Below, one piece after another: positions 55,575-64,000 of a DNA stretch of 64,000 bases. This stretch comes from Octopus vulgaris. Its lineage: Eukaryota. The notes beneath the pieces were generated by a model, which was not told the DNA's origin, did no database searches, and was given only the letters and a program-made list of their open reading frames with translations. The stretch lies in contig OX597833.1 of NCBI GenBank assembly GCA_951406725.2, forward strand, positions 24,738,001-24,802,000, read 5' to 3'. Position numbers and translations under genes: made by a program. How positions within the stretch are numbered: position 1 is the stretch's first letter; each line of letters begins with the position of its first letter.

Positions 55575-55730
55575 ACGATGGGCTTCTTTTAGTTTCCATC
55601 TACCAAATCCATTCACAAGGTTTTAGACGGCCTGAAGCTATAGTAGAAGAAACTTGCTCAAGGTGCCACCCAGTAGGACTGAATTGGGAACGATGTGCTT
55701 GGGAAGTAAGCTTCTTACCATATAGCCAAG
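55575..55730 (-). mobile_element. SINE family A, 5' half
   Basis: cgatgggcttctttt..ccaaatccattcacaagg..gctatagtagaagaaacttgc. Confidence 0.75.
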
Positions 55731-55746
55731 GGGAGATTGACAGGTT

Positions 55747-55810
<64 letters not shown>

Positions 55811-56194
55811 AAGTATATACACATAACAATATTGATAGATTACAAAATTACATGATTTACCTCTTCTAAGTGCTCTGTTCTTTTGCGAAGTGAGAAATGA
55901 TTATACAATGGGGTATTTTGAAAATAAGTTCAGTAACACAATCAGGAATTAGATGTCGCAGAGAAGTGGAATTTCTTTTCATAATTTTATTGTGACATTG
56001 AGAAATGCTTTGAAAAGAAACAGAACAAATAAAAGATACATGTTTATGAAAAATATGTCAAAACTTGATATTTTGAGATTTTACTATTCGTTTTAGATTT
56101 TTAAAAAAATGCCAGAATAAAAGTTAGATAGATATATGAGTCATATAATAATGATGATGATGACAATTATTATTATTACTTTTTTTATTATTAA

Positions 56195-56406
56195 AGGGGC
56201 GAGCTGGTATAATCGTTAGCACATCAGGCGAAATGCTTGGCAGTATTTCGTCTGTCGTTACGTTCTGAGTTCCCATTCCACTGAAGTCGACTTTGCCTTT
56301 CATCCTTTCGGGATCGATAAATAAAGTACCAGTTGAGTACTTGTGTCGATGTAATCGACTATCCCACTCCCATAAAATTTCAAACCTTGTGCCTATAGTA
56401 GAATGG

Positions 56407-56438
<32 letters not shown>

Positions 56439-56679
56439 AGGCGGTGAGCTGGCAGAATCATTAGCACGCCAGGCAAAATGCCTAGCAGCATTTCGTCCGC
56501 CTTTACGTTCTGAGTTCAAATTCAAGGTTGACTTAGCTTTTCATCCGTTTAGGTTCGATAGAATAAATATTAGTTGAACACTGGGGTCGATCTAATCGAC
56601 TAGCCCCTTCCCTACAAAATTTTAGGCCCTGTGGCTATAGTAGAAAGGATTGTTGTTGTTGTTGTTATTATTATTACTC

Positions 56680-56756
<77 letters not shown>

Positions 56757-57135
56757 GAGATGGCGAGCTGATAGAACCATTAGCACGCCGGGCAAAGTGC
56801 ATATCGGCATTTCGTCCGTCATTATGTTCTGAGTTCAAGTTCCGCCGAGGTCGACTTTGGCCTGCAAGCCTTTCGGGGTCGATAAATTACGTACCAGTCG
56901 GACTATTATAATTGCTGTTGTTGTGAAGGCGGTGATTTGGCAGAATTGTTAGCACGCTGGATGAAATTCTTAGTAGCATTTCGCCCGTCGCTAAGTTCTG
57001 AGTTCAAATTCCGCCAGGGTCGACTCCACGTTTTATCCTTTCGGGGTCGATAAGTTAAGTACCAGTTGAGTACTAGGGTCGATTTAATCGACTGGCTCCC
57101 TCCCCCAAATTTCAGGCCTTGTGCTTATCATAGAA
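56195..57135 (+). mobile_element. Four tandem SINE family B copies separated by (ATT)n tails
   Basis: Heads at ~56197, 56440, 56761 and 56928, each followed by the family core. Confidence 0.88.
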
Positions 57136-58859
57136 ATGTATTTTTTTGTTGTTGTATGACATGAAAATACAACTCTGATAAAACTCTCGGAAAATTTAGG
57201 TTTAATTGTGCAGAAAAGAAATTCATTTTTTTCTTTTTGCTTATGAAGTGTTTGAAAACATTTTGCTCCCGCTTGCATGTCTAGTTAATCTTTGGGCATT
57301 ATACTTTTACAAATAGGCATCAAAATTTAATATGGCATTTTCTGTGGAAGAGTGAGTTGTTGCTATGTTCATAATTTTGAGAAGCTGGTAAAACGAAGAC
57401 AATACCTAATAAATATTCTGAGTTTCCAAAAGATAGTCACATTTTACTAAACAAATATGGCGAAAGGACAAATTTTAATAATAAAGGTTACAGTTCCTTA
57501 TTCTTTAGTAACAATAATTTGAAAAATGACCCGATAGATGAATTAGCATGAATTAGGGAATAAAACTGAAAGAAGTTTTGCATATGAGATGGCCGCTGTA
57601 TTGTATGGTGTGTGCTCCGTCGACAGCAAAAGCGTTTCCAGCCTTTATCAGGGAAGATGAAGAAAATGGCAGGCAGGGCTACTGTGTTATAAACCTGCCC
57701 ACTGGCTAGTGATGTAGTGATTAGTGAAACGAAACATGAAGTTTACGATTAGAAATACCGGTAATGGCTTTGATCGTAGTCTCATCATCGTCAGGAGATG
57801 ATGGACATAGAGATGGGGCAGTAACATACTGTAGAATAAGGTGTGCAGAGAAATACATGTCATTATTTCTCCCCCAAACCGAAAATTGTACTAGGTTGTG
57901 GTTGCAAAGAGAAAAGCAATACTATTGATGCGGGAGGGAAAAGTCAGTTGAAATCTGTGTGGAAGTCTAATCTCCTTAACAGCTTCCTGCGTATGAGAAG
58001 AGGAGGAGGAGGAGACGAAAAAGACAGAGGAAAGACACTAAGCGAAAGAACCAAAGCCGTTGTCACTGCAAAACCAGCCGAGACACAGAGTACAACCTGA
58101 GCGGAAGAAATTTTGTTTTCAGTCAGAGATGCGGGAGGGGACCAAGGAGCTCGAGCTTTCTTCCCACAGTACAGCACTTGTGCGTGCGTATGTATGTCTC
58201 CCCTCTCTCACACACTACACACACACAAACGCGCGCGCACACACACACACGCATGCGCATAGACGCACAGACACGTGTGTACGTATGTATGTATACACGT
58301 GAGCAAAAAAAATGACGAAAACGAACCAGATATGTTTGTGTAAATTTGCCGCATGTTATTTATACTGTAATTTATATATATTATTTGCACCAAATGTTTT
58401 CATAACTCTTAAATATTCACTTAATAGCATTGTAAAGGGAAAAGGATCAGTTTTACAAATTCACATGTTCAATTGTTTTGAAGGGAAATATAAATTCCTA
58501 AAATTACCAGATTTTCATCTTCTAAGCTCATGGGCCGATATCTTAGGTAAGACATTAGACACTAAAGATGTATATAAAAAAATGTGGGTGATAGAGTTGT
58601 TTTTGGTTATTCATTTTTGGAGGATGTTTTGTAAAAAGTATTCAAAGTTTTAAGAAGTGTACTTTTAAGTCTCGTTTAAATGGAACTGTGCAAGTTCCTG
58701 TTTAAATAACAAGCCGTACATAAACAAGTATAATGACTTGTCTAGCAATATTAAGTAACAAATTATTTTTTTGTTAAATATGCCTTCAAAGAAAAATAAT
58801 TACATGCTGAAATGGTTATAATATATTAAATTACTATTCTTTGTTTGTGAAGCAGGCAC

Positions 58860-59460
58860 CACATATTTGGAAGTCCACAAGATATAGAAATATAAGAAAA
58901 TTCCTGTTTCTCTATCTTCCACGATGGGAATAATAGGCCTACTCTTCTAGAAAACTGATTCTGTTGAAAAGGAGGGTGGATCTGGCCGGCCTAGAACAAC
59001 TGCAGGTACAGGTGACAGAAGAATGAAATTCTTAGCTTTTCAGGAATGTAAACATGCTTTCTGCAGCTGTTTTGAAGCTTTAGAACATTGCTGAAAGATA
59101 TTGGTACTGCTGAAAAAGAAGTGAAAATTCTATTAACCCTTAGGAAAATAAAGACGCATCGAGGACAGCTGGTTCTTTTTTTGGCTAACTGTGATCCAGA
59201 CTGATAAGTTCTCTGGAACGATGGATTTTATTGTGATTACCGAGAACGTTGTTTTTAAGGTGTTATTGACATCCTCTACTCTGACTACTTTTAAAAGTCT
59301 TTGATGCATGGGGTGTGGAGTAGAATCATAGTGCTGTGTACATTTTCATTTGCAGGTGCTGGTAAACTCATGAGGTAGACCAGCCAGATACCGTCTTTGG
59401 AATATTTAAGATTGTTAGAGACCGAATGAATTTCCCCTCAGCTTCGCATTCACAGTTACT
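58860..59460 (+). mobile_element. Highly degenerate Tc1-type transposase
   Basis: GGSGRPRTT..DRR at ~58975 and HGVWSRIIVLCTFSFAGAGKL (HGGGSVMVWGCFS..G.G.L-like) at ~59308. Confidence 0.55.
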
Positions 59461-59594
59461 AGATGTCCTTTCTTCGTCTCTCAACACAATCTCGAAGGCC
59501 AAATGGCACTCTGCTATTTTATCTAAGTGATTATTTATTGTTCACGTCGATATATATTTCTCTGTTATTTCATTTGAAAAAAATATTGTTTTAA

Positions 59595-60262
59595 GTTGGT
59601 GAGCTGACACAATCGTTACCGCACCGGAAAGAACTGCTTAGCAGCGTTTCATCCGACTTTACGTCCTGAGTTCAAAAGCTGTTGGGGTCGAATTTGCCTT
59701 CTACCCTTTCGGGATCGATAAAATGAATACCAGTTGAACACCGGGGTCGATTTAATTGACTTACTTCCTTCCCCGAATCTGCTGGCCTTATGTCAAAATT
59801 TATACCGATATTATTCCCTTGTTTCGAGCGGCAAGCTTGTACAGTCGTTAACACGCCAAGTAAAAAGCTTAGCGGCATTTCGTCTGTTTTGCCTTCTGAG
59901 TTCAAATTCCGCCGAACCGACTTTGCCTTTCATCCTTTCGGGGTTGATAAAATTAAGTTCCAGTTAAACACTGGGATCGATATAGTTGACTTACCCTCCT
60001 CTCAAAGTGTTGGCCTTGTGCCAAAATTTGAAATCATCATTATTATTATTATCAAAACGGTGAGCTGTTAGAATCGTACGCACGCCGGGAGAAACGTTTA
60101 GCGGCAGTTCGTCCGTCTTTAGATTCTAAGTTCAAATTCTGCTGCGGTCGACTTAGCATTTCATCTTTCGAGGTCGATAAAATAAGTGCCAGCCAGAGCT
60201 CTATGTATTCAACTAGATCTCTGCCCCAAAATTTCAGGCCTTGTGCTTAGAGTAGGAAGGAT
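59595..60262 (+). mobile_element. Three tandem diverged SINE family B copies
   Basis: Heads at ~59598, 59828 and 60058. Confidence 0.8.
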
Positions 60263-62629
60263 ATTGTTTCCTTGCTTTTTTATCTTTATCTCCTAATTTA
60301 GTCATCGTACACAGTTTTTCATGTCTTTGATCGTTGTGTCTTTTTGTGCACACTGGTCTCAACTTTCGTAATGGGTTGTGGGCACCGATGGAATGACCTT
60401 CATTATTGCATCAATATGCAACGATCTCTGCATCATTCTGAAGTGATTATAATCGTTATCGTGGTCGATGTTTAGTTATAAATTAACCCTGACCCAGCAT
60501 ATCTCTGATGAAACAATTTTCCGTCGTGCCAATTATTTCATATTTCTCCCACAGTACAATTTGGATTAAATTATCCAATACCACTTTTAATTTTAACGAA
60601 GTAGAAGTTAATTCACGCGAGGTCTGGTTCCTGTTTCTAGAGATTATTACATTGCGTAGAAGTTTCCTCATAAGTTTGGATACTTTATCGTTTCAGACAC
60701 AAGAAACTCATGAAGAAAAAAAAAACGAAAAACAAAAACAACCAAAATCTCCCGAAAAATAAGCGAAATTTGAAACAAAAGAAAACACAAAAAAATATAA
60801 ATGTAAATAAATATCACAAAATAAAGAAAGAACAAGAAAAAATAGCATCAAACATGAGAAACGCTGAATGAAGGATTTCCAAGATGTAACTTGTAAGCTT
60901 TCATTTGGTGTCAATTAAAATGGATTAAACGATTACAAGTTTAGACATTACGTGTGGTCTGTAAAAGTAGAATTCTGTAATTAAATTCCTCAAGATATGT
61001 AGTCCGGTGGGTGGTGTTCTGATTTAATCACGATATTGTCATCCGCATTATGTATTTATGAAGACAGGTAGAAGTAGAAGTCGTAGACCACATATGAAAA
61101 TTTGAAGCAGCATAGCCTAGTGGTTAAGGTGTTGTGCTTACGGTCGCAGGATCGTGGTTTCAGTTTCTGGAGCGAGTAGTTCGTTGTGTTTTTGAGCGAA
61201 TCACTTCATTTCACTTTACCCTATGAGAAACCCTGTGACACTCTAAACGTCCTGTTTAGTCGGAACGTTGTTATCTAGGTCATTTAAATCAGTAATGTTC
61301 AGGAGTTGATGATGATTAAATTATCCGGTAGTATGTATTACATATTTTTATGTTCCGCCTTCAAAATTCTGTGAACTAGCAGAGTTGCTGGGGGCAAAAT
61401 CACTTGCAATATTTGCTCCTTTTCGCTGGGCTTTGTGTTGAGATCCTGCTTTACCTATCTTTAATATCGATAAGATACAATATCAGTCAACATTAGTGGA
61501 TTGACAGATTTGTTAAAGCACCTAACATTATGCTTTTGCGCTATTTGTTACAGCTGTGTTCTTTCGTGGTGGTGTTTATCAGTCATTTAGTTTAACACTA
61601 CCAGCTGGTACTTGGCTGTTTTTAGCAAAGTTCATTCTTTTGCGAAGATTTGAGGATAAGTTTCTTCCTTTCTCTTCCTCCCTAAAAGTTAAATAAATAA
61701 AAAAAACTGTTTTGTGTTCTATTATTCTAAAGTTGGTGTAATAAAGTACCAGGAGGCGAAAGGATTGGCACTACACCTCCCATAAAATGTGTGATCTTGT
61801 GCATTTATTACAAATAAAAATAAATATAATTAGAGCGGTAGATGTCAGAATAGCAATAGTGTTTCTCAACCGATGTTTCTGGAAATCTGGAGCTACAGAT
61901 AAATTTACTAATTCACTGCAAATACATTTTTATGTTTAATTCTATGTTCGTAATATTATTATGCACGCACGGCATATTAACTAAGACAAGAAGAAAATCT
62001 TAACAACTGCCGTTAGTTAACACCACGAATAAATTAACATCCTAAATGGGAATTATTGGAAAATATGGTTTAAATATGGTCTTCATTAAGATGAAATTTT
62101 AAAAACTTGTCGTGTCTGATGGATTTAACTTTGTCAAACCATGTAAAGACAGTTTTCTGATTTCTTTAACGGCTTAAGAAGTTTGACTTAATGCAAGAGA
62201 AAGGAAAAATAATTGAATTGAGATTATGATAACTTTTGAGTGAGAGTCACATAGCTGAGCAGTGTAATGATCAAAGGCGATCAAACCATTAACCGTCCTG
62301 CGTCCTGACGGTTATGTAGGAATACATTATCCAAAGTACTTTGCCTTAACTTAAGACAGTGGAGCATCATTTGAGGAATATTTTACTGCTATTTCTAACA
62401 GAAAGATATACTATATACAATCTCCTGCTTCGACTCAGAATTGTTCGTGGTGGTGGAGCTGATCTGGTATAATGTGTTGATGAGGGATATACATTGAATA
62501 ATATGTGAAACGGATGTTCCAGGACGCACATGAATGGTAGTGCATGTGAGGTTAAAATGGACCACACCACGGGAAGGTATGATCAAACCCTTAATGTAGA
62601 TCAGAGTGACGGCATAGTTTTTATAAGTG

Positions 62630-62671
62630 ACTAGCATTAAAGACCCGTCGTTGCCGGGTCATAGTGCTAGT
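62630..62671. mobile_element. Helitron-type 3' terminus (hairpin + CTAG) readable on both strands
   Basis: actagcattaaag-acccg tcgttgc cgggt-catagtgctagt. Confidence 0.6.
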
Positions 62672-62829
62672 GCATGTACATATGTGTATATATATGTGTA
62701 CATATTACATGTACATCTATATATATACATCTAAACATAAAATACAAAATACAAAGTTATATCTTGATATCGCTAGTGATAACAATACTCAAAATATGTA
62801 ACAGACTGGAATTGTTAGCCCGTCTCTTG

Positions 62830-64000
62830 TAATTTCAATCAATTGTATATTGTCCTCCCTCTTGTATAGGAGTGTGGCTACAATCCAGCCTACCTCTACT
62901 TCTGGAGGTGGGGGGGCATTTAAATTTTTTTCCGGGACGTCCTACGTCCCAAGTATATAGGTAGAAATAAAATATTTCCACTTTGCAAGTTCGAGTCGAG
63001 TACTGCCTTACACGCTCCGTTGACTCGAACCTTGCTTTTATTGGGGCGAATTTACCGCCTCTGATTAGATATCTTTCATAGTCACACCAAGACACTTTTC
63101 GAAGGTGCTTTCCTCCATGTTGTTTTATTATTACCCACAAGGGGCGAACACAGATGGGACAATACAATCTGATGATGGGGTCAGACAAACGAATGGGTTT
63201 TTACAATAAATCGGGTTTAAAAATTTTCATGAATAACAATAAATGGACAGAAATCGAGTGATAGGACAGACCGGAAGACATTACGGGTGGAGTGGGTGCG
63301 GGTTTAGCTCGGACCCCACGAGCCCCGCCTCCCCACTGATACTTTTGGTTGCACTTGGTATTACATTTATGTTGTAACTTTCATTCGCAACTTCCGTGCT
63401 ACATCCTTCCATCGTTCTTCATACGCTCTCCTAGTCAGGCATATTCTCTCCAGCCCTATCTTCCTTTTCAGGTGAAAGATGAAATAATTCATCAAACCAG
63501 GGCCGGAGATGAACTTGCCTGACTGTAAACCTTTCATTCTCGTCTTCCATATCACCTCTTTCGCGATTGCTACTACAACGAGAAAACGAAACTTACCTTC
63601 ATTCACGAGGAAATCCGGTGGGTCAATTTTTGTAATCGACTCAGTCGACAGCTGTACTCTTCGTGTACCTGACAACAGGTGTTCGGCATAAACCCACACC
63701 TCAGACACGTCCGGACAATGAACAATCGCGTGCGGGACGGTTTCCCTATCCCGCCCGCATCTTGGACATATCGGACTGTCTTGGCCACCGTGCCTTGCGA
63801 GTTTATCCCGAACAGGTAGAGCTCCTCTGTAGCATTGCCATGCCAGAGACTTCTGGAAGTTGTCCAGTGTCCTTGGCTCGAACGTACGTCGGAACAGACT
63901 GGCCAGCTGGTTATCGTCGAGACCTAGGGTTTCCCCAAGGTATCTTCACATTCCGCCTCTACCAACCCTCTATAGAAGAAAGTGGTGGAACCCCCACCGC
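62830..64000 (-). mobile_element. L1/Tx1-clade LINE 3' end (ORF2 C-terminus with zf-RVT, stop at 63367) plus 3' UTR
   Basis: WQCYRGALPVRDKL..CPRC..ETVPHAIVHCP followed by VWVYAEHLL..AIAKEVIWKTR..YEERW. The element runs off the window end. Confidence 0.8.

Noticed and set aside
60300-60600. Possible Harbinger transposase relic on the minus strand (YNHFRM)
   Set aside because: A single short motif, too degenerate to call.
28850-63180. Other CTGATGA or CTGAAGA heptamers (e.g. ~28856, 38392, 47750, 60505, 63169)
   Set aside because: None has a correctly placed stem II, GAAA and UH.

Overview
This is AT-rich eukaryotic intergenic or intronic DNA, very probably from an octopus (inferred from the SINE families and the extreme microsatellite density). 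I found no confidently identifiable host protein-coding gene, and almost all ORFs in the track are microsatellite read-throughs. The window is a mosaic of three tRNA-derived SINE families, degenerate Tc1/mariner transposases, a non-autonomous Helitron, non-LTR retrotransposon fragments (a young CR1 3' end, R4/Dong-like, L1/Tx1-like), a tRNA-Ile(AAT) pseudogene and many Penelope-like element (PLE) relics. The most notable signal is about 15 type-I hammerhead ribozyme (HHR) motifs, intact or decayed, from several unrelated repeat families. They sit in inverted or tandem pseudo-LTR-like repeats. One family has a repeat combining a tRNA-like Pol III head, an (AAT/AAC)n linker and a hammerhead, placed directly behind a GIY-YIG endonuclease C-terminus and inserted with a 13-bp TSD. 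All calls were made by eye, so repeat boundaries are approximate.
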